Notes: generated by a model not told the origin, from the letters alone. A stretch of 64,000 nt of DNA from Candidatus Woesearchaeota archaeon (GCA_038891615.1 JAWADY010000001.1:128001-192000), one strand, 5' to 3'; positions 47,688 through 58,244 are shown, counted from the stretch's first letter. Made by a program: numbers and translations.

Positions 47688-48659
47688 TTGCATTTTAATA
47701 AAAAAATGGCGAGCGTTCATATAGAAAAAACTGCAACTAACTATGTGCTTACGCTGGTTAATACTTTTGAATGTCTTGAGTCCTTAAAGAAAAAATATGA
47801 AATTGCGCAGAAGAACATTAGCGAACTAGAAAGGCTTGTTTTGCAACCATTTAAGGAAGCGTTGGTGAGAGATCTTCTAAAAGATAAGTCAGTGGGTTGG
47901 ATGGGTAGTGAAAAGAGGGTTAGCTGTATCAAAAAAAAGGTTTACGAGTACAGCGATTGGTATGCAGAGGTTAAAATCGTAAAACAGCAGAAAAAACATG
48001 CCTATAAACAATACATTGATGAATTTCTGAGATATACCAGCAATGTTGAGCATGATGTTAGGATTGGAAACAGGCTACCTTATGCAGAGCTTGAGAAAGA
48101 AAGCGTTTACATATTGGCTAAGCATTTGAACACGAAGCTTCAGTGGTATTTTGACCGAGAGACAGAAAAAGAAAATAAGGCAAGCATAAAGTTTGGTTCA
48201 AAAAAGCCATTGAATATCAGTGAGATAACTTTGTTCCCATGTGAAGATTATTCAAAATTAAACGAAAGGAATTTTGAAATTGCGGTAAAGGCTGATTATT
48301 TTGTTGGGCGAGAGAAAGAGGTCGTCAAACAATATGAAGAAAAGGTCAAAGAAAGAATTGCAGAGAGTGCTGCAATAAAACCTGAAGAAGGGAAATTTCC
48401 TCAAAAATCAGTAGCAATTGAAAGTGAAGGATACGAGGTTGAAATCGAACCAAGAACGAGCGTAAGTTATGCAGATGTTTTTAATTCGGTAAAAAATGAT
48501 TTACTTGAGATATCAAAAGGGAATTACGAAGGTAGAGAAGCTTATTCCCCTAGAAAGTTGAAAGGAAAGCATTTTGTGGAAGCTGAAAAAACGATAATAC
48601 ATGTTAATATGCTTTGCAATAATTGGGGAGTAAAGAAAATTGCTTACTATTTCTACTGA
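47688..48659 (+). CDS. hypothetical protein
   Basis: 323-aa ORF, no family recognised; possible internal duplication. Confidence 0.65.
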   Translation: MHFNKKMASVHIEKTATNYVLTLVNTFECLESLKKKYEIAQKNISELERLVLQPFKEALVRDLLKDKSVGWMGSEKRVSCIKKKVYEYSDWYAEVKIVKQQKKHAYKQYIDEFLRYTSNVEHDVRIGNRLPYAELEKESVYILAKHLNTKLQWYFDRETEKENKASIKFGSKKPLNISEITLFPCEDYSKLNERNFEIAVKADYFVGREKEVVKQYEEKVKERIAESAAIKPEEGKFPQKSVAIESEGYEVEIEPRTSVSYADVFNSVKNDLLEISKGNYEGREAYSPRKLKGKHFVEAEKTIIHVNMLCNNWGVKKIAYYFY

Positions 48660-48692
48660 AATAATTTTTGCAAAAATGATACAGTCATTACG

Positions 48693-49289
48693 GTGCAATC
48701 AAACAAAACATTTATTAATATTAATCAGATGATGCCAATTATGGAAACAGGGTACAAAGTTTGTGATGCAATGACAGAGCAGCCTGTCACCATAAGTCCC
48801 GATGCAACTCTGCAGCAGTGCGCCTTGCTAATGTCAAAGGAACATGTCGGAGCCCTGCTCGTAAAAGAAGGAGAGAAGATTGTTGGCATATTGACAGAAC
48901 GGGACATTGTCAGAAAGGCTGTTGCCAAAAATGTAAGTCCGTCTTCAAAAAAGGCTCGCGACATAATGGAAACCGCACTAAAAACAATAAGCCCAGAAAA
49001 GGATATTCTTGAAGCGTTAAAAATAATGCGTGACTATAACATAAGGCATCTTCCGGTTATTGACAGAGGAAAATTTCTTGGAGTTATAACACTAAAAGAC
49101 ATATTGAAAATACATCCAGAACTATTTGAGATAATGGTTGAGAAAATAGAAATAAGGGAGGCAGAGCGCAAGCTCGCAATCAAAGGAAAAGTGCGTGAAG
49201 GGATTTGTCAGAATTGCGGAAAGTATTCTGATGATTTAAGGTATGTTGAAGGGCAGATGATGTGCCCTGACTGCAGGGAAGAATGGTAG
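48693..49289 (+). CDS. CBS-pair protein with C-terminal zinc ribbon
   Basis: GILTERDIV, IRHLPV, GICQNCG...CPDC; true start likely an ATG near 48729-48741. Confidence 0.92.
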   Translation: MQSNKTFININQMMPIMETGYKVCDAMTEQPVTISPDATLQQCALLMSKEHVGALLVKEGEKIVGILTERDIVRKAVAKNVSPSSKKARDIMETALKTISPEKDILEALKIMRDYNIRHLPVIDRGKFLGVITLKDILKIHPELFEIMVEKIEIREAERKLAIKGKVREGICQNCGKYSDDLRYVEGQMMCPDCREEW

Positions 49290-49300
49290 CCGAATGAGAC

Positions 49301-49630
49301 TTGTGCTCACACCTTTTCTTAAAACAATTTAAGCAAAAAATGCAACAAAAAGAAAAAAGCATAGGACTGCGCATATTAATAAGAGGGAAAGTTCAAGGGG
49401 TATTTTTCAGAGACTTTGTGAAAAGGAGCGCTGACGCTCTAGGGCTAACAGGCTGGGTGCGGAATGTTTCAGATGGTTCTGTGGAAGTTTTTGCAGAAGG
49501 AGAGAGAAGCAAACTCCTAGACCTTCTAGAAAAATGCAAAAGAGGACCTCAATTTGCCGTTGTAGAAGCTATTGAAACAGAATGGTTCGAAGCAAAAAAG
49601 AAGGACAAAGGATTTAAAATAATTTACTAA
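49301..49630 (+). CDS. acyP: acylphosphatase
   Basis: GKVQGVFFR, GWVRN..DGSVE, GP. Confidence 0.95.
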   Translation: MCSHLFLKQFKQKMQQKEKSIGLRILIRGKVQGVFFRDFVKRSADALGLTGWVRNVSDGSVEVFAEGERSKLLDLLEKCKRGPQFAVVEAIETEWFEAKKKDKGFKIIY

Positions 49631-50070
49631 AACTTAGGCGGATTGCGGGAAAGGTCTGTGATATCGCTCTCGTTTTCTTTTCCCTTTCTTCTAGATAGAA
49701 GATAGGCATAAAAGCAGTTAAGAAAACTATATAAAGAAAAAGCAAAAGAAACGCCTGCTATTGTTGATTTCTTTTCAATATCTTTAAAACTAAGAACCAT
49801 TACTGGATTACTCCTAAGATAGCTGAGCTCATTTACTTTTTCAATATAGAGCATTTTCACTTTGCCTTCTAAAGCAGCCAAGTCGTACAAAGTCACCTTT
49901 TTTAATTCGTCCTCAAGAAATTTAATCCGTGTTGCGGCCTTCACTGCAGGACTCTGATACGTTAGGTCATAGAGCGCGTTGAATCCAATCGCTCCAAACC
50001 CGATTCCACAAGTCAAAAAAATTTCGGCAGCAAACTTTTTTGCAATTTCAACCAAACCCATCCATCCCAC
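49627..50070 (-). CDS. hypothetical membrane protein
   Basis: Two hydrophobic segments flanking a helical region. Confidence 0.55.
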   Translation of the reverse strand: MGWMGLVEIAKKFAAEIFLTCGIGFGAIGFNALYDLTYQSPAVKAATRIKFLEDELKKVTLYDLAALEGKVKMLYIEKVNELSYLRSNPVMVLSFKDIEKKSTIAGVSFAFSLYSFLNCFYAYLLSRRKGKENESDITDLSRNPPKF

Positions 50071-50201
50071 CCCATTTTATTTGAACTTCAAGCTCTTATT
50101 AAAGCTTTCTAAAATATTCATAGATGCGGAAACTGGATGACATAAAAGCTAAATGAAATGAGCCAATAACCTTTAAATATGCACTTTTCAACTTTTTCTT
50201 T

Positions 50202-50286
50202 GCGACGGTGCCAGAGTCTGGAAAATGGGCGGGACTTAAGATCCCGTGGCTTAGTGCCTACGCAGGTTCAAATCCTGCCCGTCGCA
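50202..50286 (+). tRNA. tRNA-Leu(UAA), intronless
   Basis: GCGACGG/CCGTCGC, A73, CGGGA-CT-TAA-GA-TCCCG, variable arm, TTCAAAT; TATA TTTAAATA at 50172-50179. Confidence 0.95.
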
Positions 50287-50366
50287 TGTCTTCCAAAAGC
50301 ATTAGATTTTGTGTTCAACTCAACCATAGCACAACCTTTTTAAACATAAAGCCTGTCGATGTGTTT

Positions 50367-51842
50367 ATGCCTAAAAGTGAAGCTGCAAAAGAAAGAAAAA
50401 CAGACGAAGGAATAACCGCAAATAAAGAAAAGGATTTCTCAGAGTGGTATCAACAAGTGCTCATAAAAGGAGAGTTGATTGATTATTCTCCTGTTTCTGG
50501 ATGCTATGTCATGAGGCCAACTTCTTACGCTATTTGGGAGCGCATCCAAAGTTTGATGGATGAGAAATTTAAAGAGATGGGTGTAAGGAATGTTTACTTT
50601 CCAATGTTAATACCAGAATCTTTGCTGAAAAAAGAATCAGAACATGTCGCAGGCTTTTCACCAGAAGTTGCCTGGGTTACGCAAGGAGGCGATAAGCAGC
50701 TTCCAGAACGCCTTGCAATTAGGCCAACTTCAGAAACGATAATGTATGCACTTTTTGCAAAATGGATACGCTCGCATAGAGACTTACCACTGAAGATAAA
50801 TCAGTGGTGCAACATCGTGCGTTGGGAGTTTAGAGACCCTGTGCCTTTTTTGCGAGCAAGGGAGTTTTTGTGGCAAGAGGGCCACACAGTATTTGCAACA
50901 AAAGAAGAAGCAGAAAAAGAAACCTTTCAAATTCTTCAGCTCTATCGCACTATTTTGGAAGATTTTTTTTCAATTCCTGTTATTGCTGGTCGAAAATCCG
51001 AAAAAGAAAAATTTGCAGGTGCAGAATACACCCTAAGCCTCGAGACCTTCTTGCCTAATGGAAAGGCAATTCAATGCTGCACTTCGCATCACCTAGGCCA
51101 GCGCTTTGGAAAGGCATTTGGGATAGAATTTTTTGATGCTGATGGAAACAAAAAGTATCCTTGGCAAAATAGTTGGGGTTTATCGACACGAACAATAGGG
51201 ATAATGGTAATGATGCATTCAGACAATAAGGGGCTTGTGATACCTCCAAAACTTTCACCCTTGCATGCTGTCATCGTACCAATCTACTATGCTGATTCAA
51301 AAAAGAGTGTTCTTTCAGAAGCAAAAATGATTGCGGAAGACTTGAAAAAAGCAGGGTTCAATATTTTAGTGGATGAACGCGAGGAATATACGCCTGGATG
51401 GAAATTCAATGAATGGGAATTGCATGGCGTTCCCCTAAGGTTAGAGATTGGACCAAAGGATGTCGAAAAGAAGCAAGTTGTGATTGTGCGCAGGGATAAC
51501 GGAGAAAGAGAAGCTGTGAAGGTTACAGAGCTTCGGCAAAAAGTTACCCAGCTTCTGGAGACAATACAAAAGGCCCTCTTTGAAAAAGCAAAAAGCACTC
51601 TCACTGCTTCGATATTTGAAGCAAAAGACTGGAATGAGTTTGTGGCAGCGATAGAAGGAAAAAAGCTTGTTCGTGCAGCCTGGTGTGAAAAGGTTGAGTG
51701 TGAAGAACAAATAAAGACAAAAACAGGTGGCGCAAAATCGGTTTGTATACCTCTTGAACAACCAAACAATATTCCAAACAAGAAGTGCATCCATTGCGAA
51801 AACAGAGCTACGGTTGTTGCCTTTTTTGCGAAGAGCTATTAA
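50367..51842 (+). CDS. proS: prolyl-tRNA synthetase (archaeal/eukaryotic type)
   Basis: DFSEWY, RPTSET, RWE, FLRAREFLWQEGHT, QNSWGLSTR, GVPLRLEIGP, C-terminal AKSY; start moved downstream of the tRNA. Confidence 0.97.
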   Translation: MPKSEAAKERKTDEGITANKEKDFSEWYQQVLIKGELIDYSPVSGCYVMRPTSYAIWERIQSLMDEKFKEMGVRNVYFPMLIPESLLKKESEHVAGFSPEVAWVTQGGDKQLPERLAIRPTSETIMYALFAKWIRSHRDLPLKINQWCNIVRWEFRDPVPFLRAREFLWQEGHTVFATKEEAEKETFQILQLYRTILEDFFSIPVIAGRKSEKEKFAGAEYTLSLETFLPNGKAIQCCTSHHLGQRFGKAFGIEFFDADGNKKYPWQNSWGLSTRTIGIMVMMHSDNKGLVIPPKLSPLHAVIVPIYYADSKKSVLSEAKMIAEDLKKAGFNILVDEREEYTPGWKFNEWELHGVPLRLEIGPKDVEKKQVVIVRRDNGEREAVKVTELRQKVTQLLETIQKALFEKAKSTLTASIFEAKDWNEFVAAIEGKKLVRAAWCEKVECEEQIKTKTGGAKSVCIPLEQPNNIPNKKCIHCENRATVVAFFAKSY

Positions 51843-52042
51843 AGATAAAAGTAATTGTTTTAATCAAACTACAGCAATATTGTGTACCTTAAGGGTTCAG
51901 AAGCTGTAAAGACAATACAAGGTGGAGCAGTTGTTGCAGCAAACAAATCCCTAAGAATAACTAATTAGTGGCTGGAAAGATTTATAAAGAAGATAGGATA
52001 TGCCTTAATTAGGAAAGGTATAAATAATTTTTAAATTGGGGG

Positions 52043-52423
52043 TTGATTGTTGTGGCAAGAAAAAAGATGGCTACAAAAGTACGGAAAAAACCAGCAAAAA
52101 AAACTGTTAAAAAAACTCCTGCTAAAAAAAGGGCGGGTCGAGCAGTAGCTGTTAAAAAAGTTGTTGCAGGCGTGCCAGAAAAGAGGCTTGTTGGAAAGAT
52201 AACTCATTTCTATGACAGGATATCAGTTGCAGTTGTTGATGTCCTTGACACGCTTGCGATTGGTGATAAGATACAGATCGAAGGACATGGAAGGAGCTTC
52301 CAGCAAACTGTTGACTCAATGCAAATAGAGCACAAACCTGTCAAAACAGCAAAGAAAGGACAAAGTATCGGGCTAAAGGTTGTGCAATCAGTAAAAGAAG
52401 GCGACCTGGTATTTAAGGTTTAG
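52043..52423 (+). CDS. Lys-rich tail + EF-Tu domain II / U32 C-terminal-like beta-barrel protein
   Basis: VGKITHFYDRISVAVV, GDKIQIEG, SMQIEH, A.KGQSIGLK. Confidence 0.8.
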   Translation: MIVVARKKMATKVRKKPAKKTVKKTPAKKRAGRAVAVKKVVAGVPEKRLVGKITHFYDRISVAVVDVLDTLAIGDKIQIEGHGRSFQQTVDSMQIEHKPVKTAKKGQSIGLKVVQSVKEGDLVFKV

Positions 52424-52521
52424 AGAGACAACCGCGAGCAATAGAAAACTTTAAATAGTAGTAGTGGCGAAAGAAAAGAAGATTTTCTTAAAAATTAATT
52501 ATAATTATAACGAGTGTTTGA

Positions 52522-53169
52522 ATGATGGAAAGCGACAAAGAGGTCAAAACGCTAAAAGGAACAACCACTGTTGGCATTGTCTGCAGGGATGGAGTTGTTC
52601 TTGCTGCTGACAAGCGAGCAACTGCTGGCCTTGTTTTTAGCAAAAAAGAGAAAAAAATTCATCCAATAGCAGACAACATGGTTGTTGCAATGGCAGGTTT
52701 GGTATCAGACGCACAACTTCTGATAAAGTTGATAAAGGCTGAACTAAAGCTCAAAGACCTTCAAACAGGAAGATATTCAAATGTAAAAGAGGCTGCAAAT
52801 CTTCTAGCAGGAATGCTTTATATGAACATAAGAAAGATGACAATGGTGCCTGGAATTGTGGCTTTCTTGCTAGCAGGAAAGGATAATGAAGGATTCCACC
52901 TCTATAACCTTGGTATCGATGGTTCGATAACAAAATTTGATGATTATACTTCTGAAGGTTCTGGCTCTGTTTTTGCTCTTGGCGTGCTTGAAGCGAACTA
53001 CAAGAAGGGGATAGGTATTGATGAAGGGATAAAGCTGGCTGTTCGCACGGTGAATGCTGCGCTGCAAAGAGACCCAAACACTGGTAATGGCATCGACGTG
53101 GTGACTGTAACCGACGAAGGGATAAAGACAGTGCTTGAGAAGGAGCTTGTGGAGCGGCTGGAAGCTTAA
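52522..53169 (+). CDS. psmB: proteasome subunit beta
   Basis: Propeptide G|TTTVG, AADKRAT, GSGS, RD..TG. Confidence 0.96.
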   Translation: MMESDKEVKTLKGTTTVGIVCRDGVVLAADKRATAGLVFSKKEKKIHPIADNMVVAMAGLVSDAQLLIKLIKAELKLKDLQTGRYSNVKEAANLLAGMLYMNIRKMTMVPGIVAFLLAGKDNEGFHLYNLGIDGSITKFDDYTSEGSGSVFALGVLEANYKKGIGIDEGIKLAVRTVNAALQRDPNTGNGIDVVTVTDEGIKTVLEKELVERLEA

Positions 53170-53259
53170 AGTTCCAAAAATCAGAAAGGCAACTCACAAA
53201 AGCATTCTGGACTTAAGAAGATAATAGGTAGAGTTAAGCTTAAGTAAAATGCTAGAAAA

Positions 53260-55149
53260 ATGGCAGAGATAATTAAGGAAATCCTAAAGATGCTCCCTTC
53301 GGGAGTCATCTCTGATAGCGCATTTGAGGGAGCGAATATTGTATTTTATACAAAGGACAAGGATTTTTTCCTTAACCCTGGAGAGAGCATCAAAAAGGCT
53401 GTCGATGAATTCAAAAAAAGGATAGAGTTAAGACCAGACCCAAGCATCACGCTTGAGCCTGAAAATGCGGAAAAAGAAATAAAAAATATCCTACCTGAAG
53501 AGGCAGGAATTGGCCAGATTCTTTTTGACCCTCAAAGAAGTATTGTTGTTATTGAAACAGAAAAACCAGGCCTTGCGATTGGCAAACAAGGAGCGCTGCT
53601 GCATGAGATAAAAAAGAGAACATTCTGGGTTCCAGTTATGAGAAGAATGCCTACAATCCGTTCCCAAATATTGGAGAACATACGTGGTGTTCTTTATCAA
53701 TACTCAGATTACAGAAGAAAGTTTCTTGACAGGGTTGGCCACAGGATTTATGACGGTTGGCGACGGGAAAAGAAAGAGGAATGGATAAGGGTTAGCTTCC
53801 TCGGCGGAGCAAGACATGTTGGAAGGAGTTGCATGTTTTTGCAAACACAGGAATCTAGAATTCTTCTCGATTGCGGGATAAATGTTGCTTCAGAAACCGA
53901 GGCATTTCCATCCCTTGATGCACCTGAGTTCAACATAAAAGACCTTGATGCGGTCGTTGTCACACACAGTCATCTTGACCACATCGGCTTTGTACCTTAC
54001 CTTTTCAAATACGGCTATGAGGGCCCTGTTTATTGTACCGAACCTGTTAGAGACATCGGCTCTTTGCTTCTAATTGACTACATCAAAATAATGAAGTCAG
54101 AAAACAAACCTTTAGTTTATGATGTGGAGGATGTGAAAGAAATGGTCAAGCACACCATCACCCTAAACTATGGAGAGGTGAGCGACATAACTCCTGATGT
54201 CAGGCTGACACTGTACAATGCAGGCCATATTCTTGGAAGCGCAATGGCACATCTTCATATTGGAAATGGCTTGCATAACATTCTTTACACAGGCGATATG
54301 AAGTTTGGAAGGATGCAACTCCTTGAGCCAGCAGAGTATAGGTTCCCAAGGCTTGAAACGGTTATTATTGAAAGCACTTACGGAGGTAAAGCAAATGTTC
54401 TTCCACCATTTCAGGAGCAAAACGAATATCTAAAAAGAATTATAAAAGAAACCGTTAAGCGTGGGGGCAAGGTGCTGATGCCGGTCCTTGGTTCAGGAAG
54501 AGCACAGGACATGATAGTCATGCTTGATGGAATGGTAAGAGCAGGCGAGCTTGAGCCTGTACCAGTCTATATCGATGGTCTTGTTTGGGATATCACAGCA
54601 ATACATACTGCTTATCCTGAATTTATGTCGGTTCAGATAAGAAAGCAAATCATCCACAAGGATCAAAATCCTTTCTTAAATGAGATATTCAAACGCATTG
54701 GGAGTCAAAAGGAAAGAATGGAAGTTATCGAAGAAAAAGGGCCGGGAGTTATACTTGCAACTTCTGGCATGCTTGTTGGAGGGCCCTCAGTCGAATACCT
54801 AAAGCATCTTGCAGACAATCCAAGAAACAGCCTTGTCTTTTCATGCTATCAGGCTGAAGGCTCCCTTGGTTACAGAATTCAGCATGGTGAAACAGAGCTA
54901 GTTTTCCGCGATGGTAAAAAGGAAGAAATTTGCCCATTAAAGATGGAAGTACACAAACTTGAGATAACTGACCACTCAGATAGAAAACAGCTAATGAACT
55001 TTATCTACAAAGTGACGCCAACACCAAAGAAGGTCATTGTTGTGCATGGAGAAAACTCGCGGTGCCTTGACTTAGCAAGTTCAATTCACAAACAACTAAA
55101 GATTGAAACTGTTGCACCACGCGTTCTTGAAGCAATAAGATTAAAATGA
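53260..55149 (+). CDS. beta-CASP ribonuclease aCPSF1 (FttA), KH + MBL + beta-CASP
   Basis: FEGA, RPDP, KPGLAIGK, VGRS, HSHLDH, AGHILGS, ESTYG, TSGML.GG, HGE; adjacent to psmB as commonly seen in archaea. Confidence 0.96.
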   Translation: MAEIIKEILKMLPSGVISDSAFEGANIVFYTKDKDFFLNPGESIKKAVDEFKKRIELRPDPSITLEPENAEKEIKNILPEEAGIGQILFDPQRSIVVIETEKPGLAIGKQGALLHEIKKRTFWVPVMRRMPTIRSQILENIRGVLYQYSDYRRKFLDRVGHRIYDGWRREKKEEWIRVSFLGGARHVGRSCMFLQTQESRILLDCGINVASETEAFPSLDAPEFNIKDLDAVVVTHSHLDHIGFVPYLFKYGYEGPVYCTEPVRDIGSLLLIDYIKIMKSENKPLVYDVEDVKEMVKHTITLNYGEVSDITPDVRLTLYNAGHILGSAMAHLHIGNGLHNILYTGDMKFGRMQLLEPAEYRFPRLETVIIESTYGGKANVLPPFQEQNEYLKRIIKETVKRGGKVLMPVLGSGRAQDMIVMLDGMVRAGELEPVPVYIDGLVWDITAIHTAYPEFMSVQIRKQIIHKDQNPFLNEIFKRIGSQKERMEVIEEKGPGVILATSGMLVGGPSVEYLKHLADNPRNSLVFSCYQAEGSLGYRIQHGETELVFRDGKKEEICPLKMEVHKLEITDHSDRKQLMNFIYKVTPTPKKVIVVHGENSRCLDLASSIHKQLKIETVAPRVLEAIRLK

Positions 55150-55184
55150 GCTACTAGAAATTAACCTAGTTAAACGCTTTTTGA

Positions 55185-55257
55185 CGCCCCTGCCGGGAAT
55201 CGAACCCGGGTCGCAGGCTCCGGAGGCCCGCATCCTATCCAACTGAACGACAGGGGC
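55185..55257 (-). tRNA. tRNA-Arg(CCG), intronless
   Basis: GCCCCTG/CAGGGGC, G73, CGGGC-CT-CCG-GA-GCCTG, TTCGATT. Confidence 0.95.
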
Positions 55258-55484
55258 AGAGCTGATTTGTCTTCGAGACTTAAAAAGCCTTCGAGGCAAG
55301 GGGAAAAAGCTTTTAAAAAATAAGATTTATTGTGGAGTTGAAGGCTTAAAAAGCATGCAAAAAAGCATTTTGATGACAAACAGATTGCTGATTAAGCCCG
55401 TGCGCATTAGTCATAAAGTCTACATTTGGTGACAGAAGATGCCAATTGAGAATGCATGAATGCAAGAAAAGAGGTTGATGAAGA

Positions 55485-56177
55485 ATGAAAGAGGGTCCAA
55501 CAAAAGAATCGTTAAGAATGACACCTGAAGAAAGGCTTGCAAAACAACTGCCGATTCTCAAAAAACTCTATCCTAAAGCTGAAACAGCCCTTGTACATGA
55601 CACTCCTTGGGAGCTTCTCGTTGCAACAATTCTCTCTGCTCAGTGCACCGACAAAGTGACCAACAAGGTAACGAAAGAGCTTTTCCAGCGATTCAAAACA
55701 CCGCAAGATTTTGCAAAACTTACTCCTGAACAACTTCAACCACACATAAAGAGCATTACTTTCTTTAGAAACAAAAGTAAAAATATCATTGCCTGTGCCA
55801 GAATGATTGTTGAAAAATTTGGTGGAGAGGTGCCGACTCGCATGGAAGAACTTCTTCAGTTGCCAGGAGTTGCAAGGAAAACAGCGAACATAGTTCTTGC
55901 TTCAGGCTTTGGCAAAGCTGAAGGAATTGCCGTTGATACCCATGTAAAGCGAGTTGCATTTAGACTAGGACTGACAAAAAATACATCCCCTGAAAAAATA
56001 GAACAAGACCTCATGCGTATTGTGCCAAAAAACGAATGGAGAGCATTCAGTTATCGCATAATAGACCATGGCAGAGCAATATGCCAAGCAAAAAAAGCGC
56101 GTTGTGATATCTGTCCATTAAATAAAGTCTGTCCTTCTGCATTTAGAGTGAGTGGTTGGAATAGCTACAAAGGATAG
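55485..56177 (+). CDS. nth: endonuclease III
   Basis: LVATILSAQCTD, LPGVARKTA, VDTHV, C..KKARCDICPL...C FeS motif. Confidence 0.96.
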   Translation: MKEGPTKESLRMTPEERLAKQLPILKKLYPKAETALVHDTPWELLVATILSAQCTDKVTNKVTKELFQRFKTPQDFAKLTPEQLQPHIKSITFFRNKSKNIIACARMIVEKFGGEVPTRMEELLQLPGVARKTANIVLASGFGKAEGIAVDTHVKRVAFRLGLTKNTSPEKIEQDLMRIVPKNEWRAFSYRIIDHGRAICQAKKARCDICPLNKVCPSAFRVSGWNSYKG

Positions 56178-56200
56178 ATTTACCAGTTTTAGTTTCTTTA

Positions 56201-56965
56201 TCAAATACTGAATGCCTTTCTCGCCTCTTCCAGTTGCTCAAGTGTTCCAATGTCAAACCACATACCCTCAAAAACATAGCCGTAAACAGGCTGCCGTTCA
56301 CAAAGCCAAGAAAGAAAGTCTCCAGTGTTATCGCTTTTATGACCGTATGAATGATAAATGATTAACCAATCAACTGCGTATTTTGGGAAGATATAGCAAG
56401 CAGTACTAACAAGACTCGTTTTTGGCACTTTTGGCTTCTCTTCGAAACTAATTATCCTCTTATCTGAATCCAGTTCAACAACACCGTATTTTCCTGCCGC
56501 TTTTGCGCAATCCTTTATGTCATAGATGGCAACAGAAGCACCGCTTTTTGAATAATAGAAACTTATGAAGTCTTCTAGTGAAAAGTCAAAAAGGTTGTCG
56601 CCTCCAATAATGAGCAAGTCTTTGTTGAGAAGGGCCTTTTTCTTTACAGCAAAAGTTATGTCGCCAATCGCACCAAGCCTATCATAATGAGATGTTGCAC
56701 CGTCATCAACAATCTCAATTTTGTCTTTGCTTTTGCAGGCAATCATGCTTTTGCTTGCGTAACAATCCAACCACTTTGTAAAATCGTCTTTGAAACGCAA
56801 ATTTGTAACAATGAAGATTTTATCAAAATCTTTAATGCTTAAAATTTTTTCAACAATGTGCTCTAGAATTGGTTTTTCACCCACTTCGAGAAGAGGTTTT
56901 GGAGTTTTTTGTGTAAGTGGATACAACCTTGTTCCATAGCCTGCTGCAAGTATTATTGAATCCAT
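56201..56965 (-). CDS. sugar-phosphate nucleotidyltransferase family protein
   Basis: LAAGYGTRLYPLT..PKPLL, GGDN, FEEKP, WFDIGT. Confidence 0.93.
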   Translation of the reverse strand: MDSIILAAGYGTRLYPLTQKTPKPLLEVGEKPILEHIVEKILSIKDFDKIFIVTNLRFKDDFTKWLDCYASKSMIACKSKDKIEIVDDGATSHYDRLGAIGDITFAVKKKALLNKDLLIIGGDNLFDFSLEDFISFYYSKSGASVAIYDIKDCAKAAGKYGVVELDSDKRIISFEEKPKVPKTSLVSTACYIFPKYAVDWLIIYHSYGHKSDNTGDFLSWLCERQPVYGYVFEGMWFDIGTLEQLEEARKAFSI

Positions 56966-57098
56966 ATCGATGCATTTATGCAGCCATGGTTAATAAAACT
57001 TCTGAAACAAACAGATATAAACAATTCGTCGGAACTGAGCGAAAGATTTAAATATTAAAAGAGGAAAGCTTAAGAAAAAACAATGAGGTGATTGAACA

Positions 57099-57269
57099 AT
57101 GGTTTTTCCAGAAAAACTGCCAGGTTGGCTAAATTGGATAGTGTTGCTAATAGGCCTTTTGTACCTGCTAAAAGATTTGAATGTGGCAGGGTTTGGATGG
57201 TGGAGCCTTAATTGGTGGACAGTTCTATTCTTGGTTTGGGGATTAGCAAAGGCATTCAACCTTAAGTAA
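57099..57269 (+). CDS. 56-aa Trp-rich small membrane protein (absent from the ORF track)
   Basis: RBS GAGGTGA; MVFPEKLPGWLNWIVLLIGLLYLLKDLNVAGFGWWSLNWWTVLFLVWGLAKAFNLK; T-rich run after the stop. Confidence 0.75.
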   Translation: MVFPEKLPGWLNWIVLLIGLLYLLKDLNVAGFGWWSLNWWTVLFLVWGLAKAFNLK

Positions 57270-57423
57270 AGAGTTTGTTTGCTTTTTCTTTTTGTTTTCA
57301 TTTTTATTGTTTGTAGCTTTATACAAAAAATTCTATAATAGAAGAAACACAAAAGGCAATAAGCCATACAAAACGTAATATTTATATAGTAATTTTACTA
57401 CCAATAGGTAAATACATCTACTG

Positions 57424-57969
57424 ATGAATGTAATTAAGATGACTAAATCATGGTTGGTGGCGGCATTTGCGTTTGTTTTTGTAGTCGGACTCATTTTTGG
57501 AAAATTTGCTAGTGCAACAAAAATTGATTCTGTTTTGAAGGAACGTTCTGAACTGCAGAATGAGTCAACAAAAGGCTACATTGTTGAAAAGGGCACAAAC
57601 GAGCGCCCTTCGCCGTTTGATTGGATAAAAGAGGGTCAGATAGAGTTTAACAAGAATGGTGTTTTAATCAAAGTTCCTAACGCTGTCTGGGCAAAAGTTA
57701 TTGACACAAACTCAATGGACCCTGTGATTGATGCTGAAGTGGATCTCATTGAGATAGTTCCGGCGTCTCCAGAAAACATACATGTTGGGGACATTGTAAG
57801 TTATGAATCAAAAAGTGTAGAAGCAACGATTGTCCACAGGGTTGTAGAGACCGGCTATGATGAAAATGGTTGGTATGCAATAATGAAAGGCGACAACAAT
57901 CCAAATGAAGACCCTGAAAAGGTACGCTGGGAACAAATAAAGAGGATAGTTGTTGCGATAATTTATTGA
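57424..57969 (+). CDS. signal peptidase I-like (S26) protein
   Basis: N-terminal TM, NSMDP, GDIV, IVHRV, KGDNN..DP. Confidence 0.85.
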   Translation: MNVIKMTKSWLVAAFAFVFVVGLIFGKFASATKIDSVLKERSELQNESTKGYIVEKGTNERPSPFDWIKEGQIEFNKNGVLIKVPNAVWAKVIDTNSMDPVIDAEVDLIEIVPASPENIHVGDIVSYESKSVEATIVHRVVETGYDENGWYAIMKGDNNPNEDPEKVRWEQIKRIVVAIIY

Positions 57970-57977
57970 GGTGGAAA

Positions 57978-58244
57978 ATGAAAGAGAAAACCAATCTTGA
58001 AATGCTCTTGAAGGAAATCGCCAAAAAGGCAACAAGTCTTGCTTTGATCGGAGGCTTGCTTCTTGGCTCTTATGGCTGTAGGGGTCTGACAGAAGTCCGC
58101 ATATTAAAATATACAATTAATAGAGAAGATAATGCAAAACCAGCTTACTGCCCAAGTCAACCAGCCACAAACATTTACAATAGCCCTGCAATGCAGCCAA
58201 AGAAATCCCCAAACTGTATTTTTGAGTTAGAGATAAGATATTGA
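57978..58244 (+). CDS. hypothetical, possible lipoprotein
   Basis: RBS GAGGTGG; hydrophobic stretch ending YGC. Confidence 0.5.
   Translation: MKEKTNLEMLLKEIAKKATSLALIGGLLLGSYGCRGLTEVRILKYTINREDNAKPAYCPSQPATNIYNSPAMQPKKSPNCIFELEIRY

Noticed and set aside
50208-50366. N-terminal extension of ProRS in the ORF track
   Set aside because: Overlaps tRNA-Leu; the real start is ATG 50367
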